Of a stretch of 64,000 bases of DNA, positions 39,061 through 50,932 are shown piece by piece. Numbering within the stretch: position 1 is the first letter of the stretch; each line of letters begins with the position of its first letter. The stretch is from Squalus acanthias (taxonomy: Eukaryota): contig CM059432.1 in NCBI GenBank assembly GCA_030390025.1, forward strand, positions 38,504,001 to 38,568,000. The letters run 5' to 3'. A program made the position numbers and the translations under genes. A model generated the notes under the pieces. It made no database searches. It was given only the letters and a program-made list of their open reading frames with translations, and was not told where the DNA came from.

Positions 39061-41694
39061 CAGAATAGGACAAGGGGAGACAGGCTCAAACTAGCAAAAA
39101 AATTAACTTTATGGCTGATATCAGGACATTCTTCAGACAGAGATCGATCAACAGTTGGAACAGACTCTCCAGTACAGTAGTGGTTACAAAATAAACCCTG
39201 GAATCATTTAAGAAACAATTAGAAGCTCCGATTGGGAAACCTTAGTTTGCTTTTGGATGGATGAACTAAGATGGGCTGAAAGATTTATAATGATTTTGTG
39301 AATTGGAAATGACAGGAGAACATTAGAAAAGGGGAAAATAAACAAAGCAAAATATATGGAGGAAAAAATTTGATATGTCGATTGAGGTCACTGAAAAGGT
39401 TTACTGCAGTATGTTTCACTGTAAAGCGATATAACAGCATGTGAAAACATTACTCCAAAGAACAGAAACCCAATAGTTATAACATTAGACCACTGACCCT
39501 TAGCTCTGATGTTTGTTTCTTCTCTCAAGAGGAAGCGCTGTAATTGTGAATGTGGGATATATTAAACCCACAGTAGAGAAAGCATTAACACAATCTAAAC
39601 AAACATTAACACCATCTTTCTTTCTAATGCCCTCAGTTGTTTTTAGAAGTCAATCAGAAAATTACCTATACTCAGAAAATAGACCCATTATTCCTTAGTA
39701 GTCAACATTCCACTTTAACTATACACAGTGCAAATGATTTAAGTTATATATAGAACAGTCAGAGGCGAGCTTTGCAAAACAGGCAAGAAGAAGCCAGAGA
39801 GGCTGAATTTTAAACCATCAACAACACTTAATATTTGTTTTTGTACTTTCGTTACTATCGATGCAGAGTATCACAAAGTAGGAGCATGTGAACATATGCA
39901 ACCACAGAATGTTTCGTTCTTTGCACAAATCTCCAGGTGAACTAAAGGATTGTCACTTGGTTACATTTTAATTTTGTGGCAAAAGAGAAGCTACAATATT
40001 TTTCAACGGGTTAAAGAGCTTTAATTTCATTAGCAATCCTCCCATCAACAAATCTAGTTAGATTTTCCCAGCATTTCAAAGTGATTAGCAATAAGCACTT
40101 CAGCAGATGATTCTAATTCCCGAAGGACTACAAGTAGTTTGAAACTAACATCCAATTTCCATGCTCAAATTGCAAGAAAATAGTTTTCCAATTTAATCGG
40201 ACAGCATCATTTGTTGGTGCAGGGAATGGCACTTCTTTGATTAATACAGACATGGCACACCTGTCCATAACAATTTTCCACACTGACATTTCAATTATAG
40301 TTTAAGTGACAAAGACTTGCAAGCATTCCACTATCTAACCCTACTTCTGGCAAAGCCCATTGAGAGTTTGGTATTGAATAAATGAAGCCAATAGAAATAG
40401 CAGTGAACAGATGCTACTGTTGTCAAAGTGGATTTTCCAATGGCCACAGATGTGAAGACAGTTAAATTTGCAGGGACCATTATACAGTTGTAAATATGCA
40501 AAAGAATTCTGTCATGAATACACTGCACATTAAAGTAAAACAATGCGTTCCAATCAAACACAGACAAAACTCACAGTAGGAGCTGACAAGAAAAACAGGA
40601 GTAAATTGTAATTAACATATTAATTTACAGATATATTATCCTCATTTCTCTTTTGAATAATGTAATGAAAGCACATTACACGGTAAGTCCACAAATAAAT
40701 ATAGAAAGAAGAGATTGATCTGATAAGTGATGCTGCTGCTCCCACTTTATAGCTTCCAACCCCATTATAACAATAACTGACAGTCTCTTCATAACTCACA
40801 AAAGTTGATTGTAGACAACAACCTTCCTGTTGGCTTCCTCAGCACAGTTGTGCAACTGTCAGAATGAATTAAGCATCAGAGCTTCTGCTGCTATACCAGA
40901 TGTAATGCTTTTTACCAAGCTAAAACATGTCAGTGTTTAGTAGGGGCCTCCTACACAAATGATTCGAGCTGCATTTTCACTGCAATGTTATCCCCAAAGG
41001 AGACAGCTGTAAAAGTACAACAGAATTGTGCCTCAACAGCTGGTAGTATGTGCCTCATATGAAATGTAACTTGGTACTCAAAGAACATCAATATTATACT
41101 GCGAGCAATAAGGGGTTGAGTTTAACCCTACCCGACAGGCAGAAACCAAATGGGTGGGCAGTTAAAGTTACTTACTCGCTCGGAATTTGACCCTTTTGCA
41201 CCATTTTGGATTTTAACCTGCAGGGTTCTTCAGGCGGATGAGGCTCCAGCCTAAAGCAGACGAGGCCTCATGAATTTATATAAATCAGGTTCCTATTACT
41301 TCAATGGGACCCGGATTATATTTTCACCTGCACCTGAACGGGGAAGCCGCCCAGCATTCCCACCAGGTTGAAGCTGGTCTGCAGACAGAAGAGGCCCTCA
41401 AGGTAAGTGCAAAACTTTCCTTTGTGGGACCAGAGGAGCAGGAGTTCTTCACAGCCTCCCCTGCCCTGGACTTCCCCTTTTCCTCCCATGAGAACCACCC
41501 AAAATCCTTCCCCACTGCTTACCTGCGAGACAATGGCTGGCAATGCTGGACAGAGGCAGGCCACCCTTAAACCGCTCATGACTTATGGGAAGCCAATAGT
41601 GCTTGTTGCTGTGGGAGAGTGCAAGGCTAGCAGCTGATTGCCAATGCAAGGTGAGTGACTGAACACCTACTCTGTTGCCTTGGCATGACCCAGC

Positions 41695-41938
41695 AGGAGG
41701 GAGGAGGAGGCAGAAGGAGGAGGAGGAGGAAGAAGGAGGAGGAAGGAGGAGGAGGAAGGAGGAGGAGGAAGGAGGAGGAGGAAGGAGGAGGAGGAGGAGG
41801 AAGAGAAAGGAGGAGGAAGGAGGAGGAGGAAGAAGGAGGAGGAAGGAGGAGGAGAAAGGAGGAGGAGGAGGAGGAAGGAGGAGGAGGAGGAGGGGGAAGG
41901 AGGAGGAGGGAGGAAGAAGGAGGAGGAAGACGGAGGAC
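41695..41938. repeat. Polypurine (GGA)n/(GGAA) low-complexity repeat inside a degraded MITE-like element
   Basis: About 240 nt of almost only G and A. Confidence 0.95.
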
Positions 41939-43109
41939 TTACCTGGTGAACTCAGTCCCATGAGGAGAGCATGAGGAGCCAATCACCTCCCTCGATACTG
42001 GCCTGCTGGTTGCACCTAGAAGAAGCACCAGAATCGGTGAAAGAAAGGCACATGTAGGCACCCAGGGAAACACAGTGTTAAAAAAGAGTACACACTGTAA
42101 TTATTGTACTAAAATAGAAAGTGCATTGATTTTGCACTTTGTTATTCATGGGAGTAAGGGTCATACAGGAGGGCATGCATTTATTAGGTGCTGCCTTATT
42201 TCCTCAGGTGATGATTATTGGCATTATGTAGGGGCAAAGAGGCCCATGTTGTGGAATGGGTAATGGATTGAGGGAATGTGAGGAAGAGGGAAGTAAGGCA
42301 GTGGTGTCAAAGAACAGAAGACTCAGTGATGAGATGTGCTATGATGCGCCGGTTATCTTGATGCTGTCTTCCATGTAGTTATGGATCCAATGAAAGTAGG
42401 ACCCCCTCATCTACCTGTCTACAAAACAAAAGCATGTCTTCAAAACCCTGATGGTCATCTTCTTTAGAGTCATGTTCCTCATTGTAGTGGTCCACTCCTG
42501 CTGTTTAGGCCATTCTTAGTGGGGTAATTTTCAATGCGATCAGGGTCTAACTTTGTCACCTAGAAGCCATCTGTTGACCTGATTTTTTCCCTGAAGAGGT
42601 CAGGAATTTCAACAGATGAATGCATCGTGCTACATTCCAGCATATCTGGCATTGACTTTTAGGATCCCCTGCATGTTCATACAATCATAGAATCACACAG
42701 CACAGAAGGAGGCCACTTGGCCCATCGTGCCTGTGTTGGCTCTTTGAAAGAGCTATCTAATTAGTACCACAACCTGCTCTTTTCCTATAGCCCTGCAATT
42801 TTTGTATTGTCAGACAAAATATATACACTGAGGTAGTGGAAACCCTTGCTGTTGAGGTCGTTATTGAGGTTTTCTGTCAAAGCTCACAAAGCAGTGTGTG
42901 TGCCACCGATTGCAGCCTGAACCAGCAACTTCATGAAATTGGATGGCTCTATCTCACTGCTGGCATGCTGTGATGCCAAAAAGTTAACAAATTTCCCAGC
43001 TCTCCTGAAAAGGGCATCAGTGACTTGAGGAATGAATGCTCTGGCTGCAGCCTGGTTGATATTACTGAGATCACCTTTGGCTGCCTGAAATCAGCCTGTG
43101 CTATAAAAG

Positions 43110-43866
43110 TTGAAGTGATGCACCTTGGAAGAAAAATGAGGAGAGGCAATATAAACTAATTGGGACAATTTTAAAGGGGGTGTATGTACACAAATCTTTA
43201 AAGGTAGCAGGACAAAGCTGTTAAAAAATCTTAGGGATTTTAGCTTTATAAATTGAGGCATAGAGTACAAAAAAGCAAAGAAGTGATGCTCAACTTTTAT
43301 AAATCACTGGTTAGACCTCAGCTAGAGTGTCCAATTCTCGGCACCGCAGTTTAGAAAGGGCGTCAAGGCCTCGGAGAAGGTGCAGAGGAGATTTATTAGC
43401 ATGGTACCAGGGATGAAGGGTTTCAGTTATCTGGTGAGACTGGAGAAGCTGGGATTGTTCTCCTTAGAGCAGAGAATGTTAAGGGGAGATTTAACGGAGG
43501 TGTTCAAAAATTATGAAGGGTTTTGATAGAGTAGATGGGGGAAACTGCTTCCACTGGCAAGAGGGTCGGTAACCAGAGGACACAGATTTAAAATAATTGG
43601 CAAAAAAAGTCAGGGGGGAGATGAGGAGAATTTCTTTTTACTCAGCGAGTTTTTATGATCTGGAATGCATTGCCCGAAAGTGTGGTGAAAGCAGACTCAG
43701 TAGTAACTTTCAAACGGGAATTGGACATATACTTGAGAAGGAAAAAATTGCAGGGCTATGGGCAAAGAGCAGGGGAGTGGGACTAATTGGTAATTCTTTC
43801 AGAGAGCCAGCACAGGTACAATGGACCGAATCACCTCGCTCTGTGCTGTATGATTCTATGATCTAT
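43110..43866 (+). mobile_element. Degraded CR1 3' part
   Basis: GAAGTGATGCACCTTGG..CAGAGGAGATTT..AGAGGACACAGATTTAA; tail TATGATTCTATGATCTATG. Confidence 0.8.
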
Positions 43867-44397
43867 GGTCACCTTCATAGCCACAGAGAGAGCAGTGCAG
43901 GCAGATGAGCATGGCTGCAGGACCTCATGTGTTAAAGAATGTAATTTTTAAATTTACAGAGGTTATTGCCTCTCACTCACCCTGTTCCCCAACAATAGTT
44001 GGCATTATACACTTAGCTTGGGTAAATTCACATCAGAATACACCACTCAAACTAACTGTAACATTTGTATTGATATTTATCGCTTTCAGTCAATCATTTT
44101 AAAATTATTGACAGCCTGAAATAGCTCCCATATTCACTGTAAGCTACCCCTGGTGAACCAGAAACCAGAAAACAAGAGGTGGATTTAGCTGAAATGTGAC
44201 AACAGGGAACAAGCGTCTTTCAAAAGCCTTCCTTTTTATAGTTACAATTCCAAGAGAGCTGCAGGGTGCACTCTGATCAAATGAAGCTTAAACCACAATA
44301 AGGATGAATCATTCTTTGTACAATGAACAAATTACATTGCCTATTACATGCGGAGGGTTTCTGAGAAGCGACAATGACATCCATTACTCCATCATCA

Positions 44398-44870
44398 AGT
44401 GTCAGCTATGGCTTAGTGGGTAGCACTAAGCCTCTGAGTCAGAAGGTTGTGGGTTCTAAGTCCCACTCCAGAGACTTAAGCACAAAGATCTAGGCTGACA
44501 CTCCAGTGCAGTGCTGAGGGAGTGCTGTACTGTCAGAGGTGCCGTCTTTTGGATGAGATGTTAAATCGAGGCCCCGTCTGCTCTCTCAGGTAGACGTAAA
44601 TGATCCCATGGCACAATTTCGAAGAAGAGCAGGGGAGTTATCCCTGGTTTCCTGACCAATATTTATCCCTCAATCAACATAACAAAAACAGGTTATCTGG
44701 TCATTATCACATTGCTGTTTGTGGGAGCTTGCTGTGCAAAAATTGGTTGCCACGTTTCCTACATTACAACAATGACTACACTTGAAAAAGTACTTCATTG
44801 GCTGTAAAGTGCTTTGGGACGTCCGGTGGTCGTGAAAGGCGCTATATAAATGCAAGTATTTATTTCTTTA
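44398..44870 (+). mobile_element. Full-length tRNA-derived SINE, DeuSINE/SacSINE1-like
   Basis: A/B-box-like head (TGGCTTAGTGG..GGTTCTAAGTCCC), core GGATGAGATGTTAAATCGAGGCCCCGTCTG..GAAGAAGAGCAGGGG and an L2-like tail GGCGCTATATAAATGCAAG. The family name is from recall, not from a database search. Confidence 0.75.
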
Positions 44871-44959
44871 CAATTTAAGATGGCCATGTTTGCTCTAAGG
44901 GCCACCTATCGCGCTACTGCTAATAGGTGCCACTCCTCATATCATGAGGCTGTGCGCCC

Positions 44960-47900
44960 TCAGGCCAACAGAGTACCTGATGGATACAGGACTAAATAGA
45001 AACATAGAAACATAGACATAGAAGATAGGAGCAGGAGTAGGCCATTCGGCCCCTCGAGCCTGCTCCGCCATTCGATGAGATCATGGCTGATCATCCAAAC
45101 CCAGTACCCTGTACCTGCCTTCTCCCCATATCCCTTGATACCTTTAGCTTTAAGAATTATATCTAACTCATTCTTGAATATATTTAATGACTTGGCCTCA
45201 ACTACCTTTTGTGGTAGAGAATTCCACAGGTTCACCACTCTCTGGGTGAAGAAATTCCTCCTCATTTCTGTCCTAAATGGTTTACCCCTTATCCTTAGAT
45301 TATGACCCCTGGTTCTGGACTCTCCAACCATCGGGAACATTTTTCCTGCATCTAGTTTGTCCAGACCTGTCAGAATTTTATATGTTTCGATGAGATCCCC
45401 TCTCATTCTTCTATACTCCAGTGAGTATAAGCCCAATCGACCCAATCTCTCCTCATATGTCATTCCTGCCATCCCAGGTATCAGCCTTGTGAATCTTCGC
45501 TGAACTCCCTCCATGGCAAGAACATCCTTCCTCAGATAAGGCGACCAAAACTGCACACAATACTCAAGGTGTGGTCTCACCAAGGCCCTGTACAACTGCA
45601 GCAGGACATCCCTGTTCCTATACTCAAACCCTTTCGCTATGAAGGCCAACATACCATTTGCCTTCTTCACCGCCTGCTGCACCTGCATGCTTACCTTCAG
45701 CGACTGGTGCACAAGGACACCCAGGTCTCGTTGCACTTCCCCTTCTCCCAATCTATTGCCATTCAGATAATAGTCTGCCTTTCTGTTTTTGACACCAAAG
45801 TGGATAACCTCGCATTTATCCACGTTATATTGCATCTGCCACGCTTCTGCCCACTCACCCAACCTGTCCAAATCATCCTGGAGTTTCTCGGTATCCTCCT
45901 CGCAGCACACACTCCCACCCAGCTTTGTGTCATCTGCAAACTTGGAGAAATTACATTTAGTTCCCTTATCTAGATCATTAATGTATATTGTGAATAGCTG
46001 GGGTCCAAGGACCAATCCCTGCGGTACCCCACTAGTCACTGCTTGCCACTCGGAAAAAGACCCATTAATTCCTACTCTTTGCTTTCTGTCCGCCAACCAG
46101 TTCTCTATCCAAGTCAATACCTTGCCCCCAATCCCATGTGCCTTAACTTTACATGCTAATCTCTTATGCGGGACCTTATCGAAAGCCTTTTGAAAGTCCA
46201 AATACACCACATCTACCGGTTCTCCCTTATCTATTTTCCCAGTTACATCCTCAAAAAATTCCAGTAGATTAGTCAAGCACGATTTACCTTTTGTAAATCC
46301 ATGTTGACTTGGTCTGATCCTGTCACTGTTTTTCAAGTGTTCAGCTATTACATCCTTTATAATGGACACTAGCATTTTCCCCACTACTGATGTCAGGCTT
46401 ACCGGTCTGTAATTCCCCGCTTTCTCTCTACCACCCTTTTTGAATAGTGGGGTAACATTAGCTACCCTCCAATCCATGGGTACAGTTCCAGATTCCATCG
46501 AATGTTGGAAGATGATCAGCAATGCATCTACTATTTCTAGGGCCACTTCCTTAAGTACCCTAGGATGTAGATTATCAGGCCCTGGGGATTTATCGGCCTT
46601 CAATCCCGTCAATTTCCCTAACACCATTTCCCTGCAAATACTGATTTCTCTCAGTTCCTCCCTTTCATCAGACCGTATGTTCTCCAACATCTCTGGGAGG
46701 TTATTTGTGTCCTCCTTTGTGAAGACAGAACCAAAATATGCATTTAATTGGTCTGCCATTTCTTTGTTCCCCATTATAACTTCCCCCGCTTCTGACTGCA
46801 AGGGACCTACACTTGATTTCACTAATCTTTTTCTCTTCACATATCTATAAAAACTCTTACAGTCAGTTTTTATGTTCCCTGCAAGCTTACTTTCATATTC
46901 TATTTTCCCCTTCTTAATTAATCCCTTTGTCCTCCTTTGTTGAATCCTAAACTGCTCCCAATCCTCAGGGTTACCGCTTTTTCTGGCCAATTTATATGCC
47001 CTCTCCTTGGATCTTATGCTATCCCTAATTTCCCTTGTTAGCCACGGTTGAGTCACCCTTTTTGTTTTATTCTTATGCCACACTGGGATGAACAAATTCT
47101 GTAGTTCATCCATGCAGTCTTTGAATGTTTGCCATTGCCTATCCACCGTCAACCCTTTGAGTGACATTCCCCAATCAATCCTACCCAATTCGCGCCTCAT
47201 ACCATCGTAGTTTCCTTTATTTAAATTCAGGACCCTAGTCTCTGATTCAACTACTTCACTCTCCATCCTAATGAAGAATTCTATCATATTATGATCACTC
47301 TGACCCAAGGGGCCTCGTACAACAAGATTGCTAATTAATCCTTTCTCATTACATAATACCCAGTCTAAGATGGCCTGATCTCTGGTTGGTTCCTCGACAT
47401 ATTGGTCCAGAAAACCATCCCGTAAACATTCTAGGAATTCCTCCTCCACAGTATTTTTACTAATTTGGTTAGCCCAATTTATATGTAAATTAAAGTCACC
47501 CATGATGACTGCTGTGCCCTTACTGCATGCTTCTCTAATTTCCCTTTTAATGCTATCCCCAAACTCCATATTACTGTTTGGAGGTCTATATACCACTCCC
47601 ACTAACGTTTTCTGCCCCTTGTTATTTCTCAGTTCTACCCATACAGATTCCACATCATCAGAGCTAATATCCTTCCTTTCAATTGTGTTAATCCCCTCTT
47701 TAACCAGCAATGCTACCCCACCTCCCTTTCTTTTTTGCCTATCTTTCCTAAATATTGAATACCCCTGGATGTTGAGTTCCCAGCCTTGGCCACCCTGGAG
47801 CCATGTTCCTGTAATCCCAATCAAATCGTATTCATTTACCTCTATTTGCGCAGCTAATTCATCCACCTTGTTCCGAATGCTCCTTGCATTGAGACACAAA

Positions 47901-47962
47901 GCCTTCAGGCTTGTTTTTTTAACGCTCTCAGACCGATATGAATTATTATTTACTGTGACCAT
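44960..47962 (-). CDS. CR1 ORF2 APE-RT, open frame, stop codon lost
   Basis: Continuous frame with [23 protein letters not shown] and FADD. The normal terminus GTGY* reads GTGYW, and the EN motif ITETW is ITGTW. Confidence 0.85.
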   Translation of the reverse strand: MVTVNNNSYRSESVKKTSLKALCLNARSIRNKVDELAAQIEVNEYDLIGITGTWLQGGQGWELNIQGYSIFRKDRQKRKGGGVALLVKEGINTIERKDISSDDVESVWVELRNNKGQKTLVGVVYRPPNSNMEFGDSIKREIREACSKGTAVIMGDFNLHINWANQISKNTVEEEFLECLRDGFLDQYVEEPTRDQAILDWVLCNEKGLISNLVVRGPLGQSDHNMIEFFIRMESEVVESETRVLNLNKGNYDGMRRELGRIDWGMSLKGLTVDRQWQTFKDCMDELQNLFIPVWHKNKTKRVTQPWLTREIRDSIRSKERAYKLARKSGNPEDWEQFRIQQRRTKGLIKKGKIEYESKLAGNIKTDCKSFYRYVKRKRLVKSSVGPLQSEAGEVIMGNKEMADQLNAYFGSVFTKEDTNNLPEMLENIRSDEREELREISICREMVLGKLTGLKADKSPGPDNLHPRVLKEVALEIVDALLIIFQHSMESGTVPMDWRVANVTPLFKKGGREKAGNYRPVSLTSVVGKMLVSIIKDVIAEHLKNSDRIRPSQHGFTKGKSCLTNLLEFFEDVTGKIDKGEPVDVVYLDFQKAFDKVPHKRLACKVKAHGIGGKVLTWIENWLADRKQRVGINGSFSEWQAVTSGVPQGLVLGPQLFTIYINDLDKGTKCNFSKFADDTKLGGSVCCEEDTEKLQDDLDRLGEWAEAWQMQYNVDKCEVIHFGVKNRKADYYLNGNRLGEGEVQRDLGVLVHQSLKVSMQVQQAVKKANGMLAFIAKGFEYRNRDVLLQLYRALVRPHLEYCVQFWSPYLRKDVLAMEGVQRRFTRLIPGMAGMTYEERLGRLGLYSLEYRRMRGDLIETYKILTGLDKLDAGKMFPMVGESRTRGHNLRIRGKPFRTEMRRNFFTQRVVNLWNSLPQKVVEAKSLNIFKNELDIILKAKGIKGYGEKAGTGYWVWMISHDLIEWRSRLEGPNGLLLLLSSMSMFLCFYLVLYPSGTLLA

Positions 47963-48665
47963 GTTTGATTTAAACCGTTGAGTTCTTTGCCTTCTACTTT
48001 TGTTTTTCTCCTTCCTGTCTTTTGCTTTTATCCTTGTTTCCCTTTCCTCTGTCTCCCTGCTCAGGTTCCCAACCCCCTGCCACTTTAGTTTAAACCCTCC
48101 CCAACAGCACTAGCAAACACTCCCCCTAGGACATCGGTCCCGGCCCTGCCCAGGTGCAGACTGTCCCATTTGTACTGGTCCCACCTCCCCCAGAACCGGT
48201 TCCAATGTCCAAGGAATTTGAATCCCTCCCCCTTGCACCATTTCTCTAGCCACGTATTCATTTGAAATATCCTCCTATTTCTACTCTGACTAGCACGTGG
48301 CACTGGTAGCAATCCTGAGATTACTACCTTTGAGGTCCTATTTTTGAATTTACCTCCTAACTCCCTATATTCTGCTTTTAGGACCTCATCCCGTTTTTTA
48401 CCTATATCGTTGATGCCTATGTGCACCATGACAACTGGCTGTTCGCCCTCCCCCTCCAGAATGTTCTGTAGCCGCTCTGAGACGTCCTTGACCCTTGCAC
48501 CAGGGAGGCAACACACCATCCTGGAGTCTCGTTGGCGGCCGCAGAAACGCTTATCTATTCCCCTTACAATTGAATCCCCTATCACTATAGCTCTTCCACA
48601 CTTTTTCTTCCCAGCCTGTGCAGCAGAGCCACCCATGGTGCCAGGAAGTTGGCTGCTGCTGCCAA
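44995..48665 (-). mobile_element. Near-full-length CR1 LINE (ORF1 esterase domain + uninterrupted ORF2)
   Basis: ORF1 AIVIGDSIVRG..CLPGARV..HIGIND; ORF2 1000 aa; 3'UTR hairpin and (TTTCTATG)n tail. Confidence 0.95.
48085..48660 (-). CDS. CR1 ORF1 C-terminal SGNH/GDSL esterase-like domain (5'-truncated)
   Basis: GDS block I, GxND block III, DSLHL block V. Confidence 0.8.
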   Translation of the reverse strand, partial: SSSQLPGTMGGSAAQAGKKKCGRAIVIGDSIVRGIDKRFCGRQRDSRMVCCLPGARVKDVSERLQNILEGEGEQPVVMVHIGINDIGKKRDEVLKAEYRELGGKFKNRTSKVVISGLLPVPRASQSRNRRIFQMNTWLEKWCKGEGFKFLGHWNRFWGRWDQYKWDSLHLGRAGTDVLGGVFASAVGEGLN

Positions 48666-49254
48666 TAACATGACCCAGATGCGTCTCAGATGCTTGTGCC
48701 CAATTTTGATGCAATTATAAGTACAGTGTCTGAGCAAAGTTTCATTGGCTCAGTGTGCATATAAACGACTCCTGCAAGGGAGGACTCTTTCCTTCACTTG
48801 GGGCCTGGCTCTCAAAAATATGTTTCTGTTTTTGATGTATTTGTTCGCGAGTCGCTGTTTCTCTGCTATATTCCTATTGTCAAACAAAGGAAGGTAGCAA
48901 AACTTAGCAAAGTCTTCCTGACAACTTCTTAAAACTGTATTGCATCTGCCACCTGAACCAGTTTGCCCACCAAATGGCATTATCGTGCTGATCTGAGAAG
49001 TGCTATTTGTATCCCTATGGGCATACCTCCATATTTTCAGGTTCTGGAAGAGGAAGAAGATCAAAAGAAACTTGGCAGACAGCTGCCGCTGCTTCTTCAT
49101 TTCTCCATTAGGACCTGTCCTTATGTTGTAACCCGTGTGTCCAGGATTCTAATAGACACCTACACGTGGAGGCCCCAAAATTCCTGGTGAAAAGGGCAGA
49201 AGGCTTGCTATTGTCGGAGTGGGTGATGTCGGGTGCTATCAGGTGCTTGATTAA

Positions 49255-49440
49255 GTGTCAGCTGTGGCTCAGTGGTACCATTCTAGCCTCTGAGTCAGAA
49301 GGTTGTGGGTTCATAATCCCACTCCAGAGACTCGAGCACAAAATCTAGGCTGACAGTTCAATGCAGTGCTGGAGGTGCCGTCTTTCGGATGAGACGTTAA
49401 ACCGAAGCCCCGTCTGCCCTCTCAGGTGGATGTAAAAGAT
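49255..49440 (+). mobile_element. DeuSINE-like SINE, 5' half
   Basis: GTGTCAGCTGTGGCTCAGTGG..GAGTCAGAAGGTTGTGGGTTC..GGATGAGACGTTAAACCG. Confidence 0.75.
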
Positions 49441-50720
49441 TTTGAATATATATATAATTGTATATATAGTAGCCTGGCAGCTGGCCACCTACCTGCTTTT
49501 TTGTCTCTGGGAATGGTGTGCAGCTTGGGTGGAGCGGCGAATTAAAAGGATAAAAATAACTAAGAACATTTTTGCAACAGACCTTCTCTGAGAATTTTGA
49601 AGAAAAATTATGGCTGTAGGGTTAAGATCTCAGTGCAGAATTATGGATAGCTCAGTAAGGTCAGAAGCAAACTATGTAAAACATAAATACATTAAGCAGT
49701 TAAAAATAAAACGATAGTGGATTATATCTTTCATTTGTTACATTTGGTTCACCGGCATGCATTTCATTGAAAAGACATACCTGCAGTGCCATTGTGATAG
49801 GTATTTTCATTGGTAAAGATGTCACACTATGTGACATACAAAGCTACTATTTTATAGGACTTCCTTGTCCTTCTCGGCCTGTCTGCAGCCTTTAACATGG
49901 TTGACCACTCCATCCTCCTCCAACGCCTCTCCAATGTCGTCCAGCTGGGTGGGACTGCACTCGCCTGGTTCCATTCTTACCTATCTAATCGTAGCCAGAG
50001 AATCACCTGCAATGGCTTCTCTTCCCACTCCCGCATCGTTACCTCTGGTGTCTCCCAAGGATCCATTCTTGGCCTCTCCTATTTCTCATCTACATGCTGC
50101 CCCTCAGTGACATCATCCAAAAACACAGCATCAGTTACCACATGTACGCTGACGACACGCAGCTCTACCTCACCACCACTTCTCTCGACCCCTCCACTGT
50201 CTCTAAATTGTCAGACTGCTTATCCAACCTCCAGTACTGGATGAGCAGAAATTTCCTCCAATTATACATTGTCTTCGGTCCCCACCACAAACTCCGTTCC
50301 CTAGCCACCGACTCCATCCCTCTCCCTAACATCTGTCTGAGGCTGAGCAACACTGTTCGCAACCTTGGTGTCATATTTGACCCTGAAATGAGCTTCCGAC
50401 CACATATCCGCAGCATAACAAAGACCGCCTACTTCCACCTCCGTAACATTGCCCGTCTCCGCCCCTGCCTCAGCTCATCTGCTGCTGAAAACCTCATCCA
50501 TGCCTTTGTTAACCCTAGATTTGACTATTCCAAAGCACTCCTGGCTGGCCTCCCACGTTCTACCCTACGTAAACTAGAGGTCATCCAAATCTCGGCTGTC
50601 CATATCCTAACTCGCACCAAGTCCCGTTCACCCATCACCCCTGTGCTCGCTGACCTACATTGGCTCCCAGTTAAGCAATGCCTCGATTTTAAAATTCTCA
50701 TCCTTGTTTTCAAATCCCTC

Positions 50721-50914
50721 TGTCGTAAGAATGAGCCTTACGCGTGGTGAACTTAAAGTAAGCTTTAATCAACTAAAAAGGTGCTACATACAAAAGAGGT
50801 CTTACTCTATGCCTCTCCAGGATCCAACTGATCAGTCCAGTATTTATCCTGGACTAATCACAGGAAGTGATGCAATAAAGTTCGAGTCACAGGAAGCTGT
50901 ATTGTGTTACCACA
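50721..50914 (-). repeat. 3' LTR
   Basis: TGTCGTAAG..GTTACCACA direct repeat of 56748-56941. Confidence 0.97.
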
Positions 50915-50927
50915 TTCTCCCCCCCCA
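50915..50927 (-). other. Polypurine tract
   Basis: A G-run followed by AGAA on -, immediately upstream of the 3' LTR. Confidence 0.85.
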
Positions 50928-50932
50928 AAAGA

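Noticed and set aside
39300..41100. Host exons in repeat-poor AT-rich stretches (also 25700-27350, 48700-49250, 62300-63400)
   Set aside because: I found no recognisable protein similarity or convincing open exon with splice sites; small exons cannot be excluded without RNA data.
41449..41982. Poly-E/R/G and poly-L/P/S ORFs
   Set aside because: They are translations of the (GGA)n simple repeat, not genes.
44398..44470. tRNA gene
   Set aside because: It is the tRNA-derived head of a SINE and continues into SINE core and tail; I see no complete cloverleaf.
45075..48673. Several + strand ORFs of 76-159 aa
   Set aside because: Antisense shadows of CR1 ORF1/ORF2.
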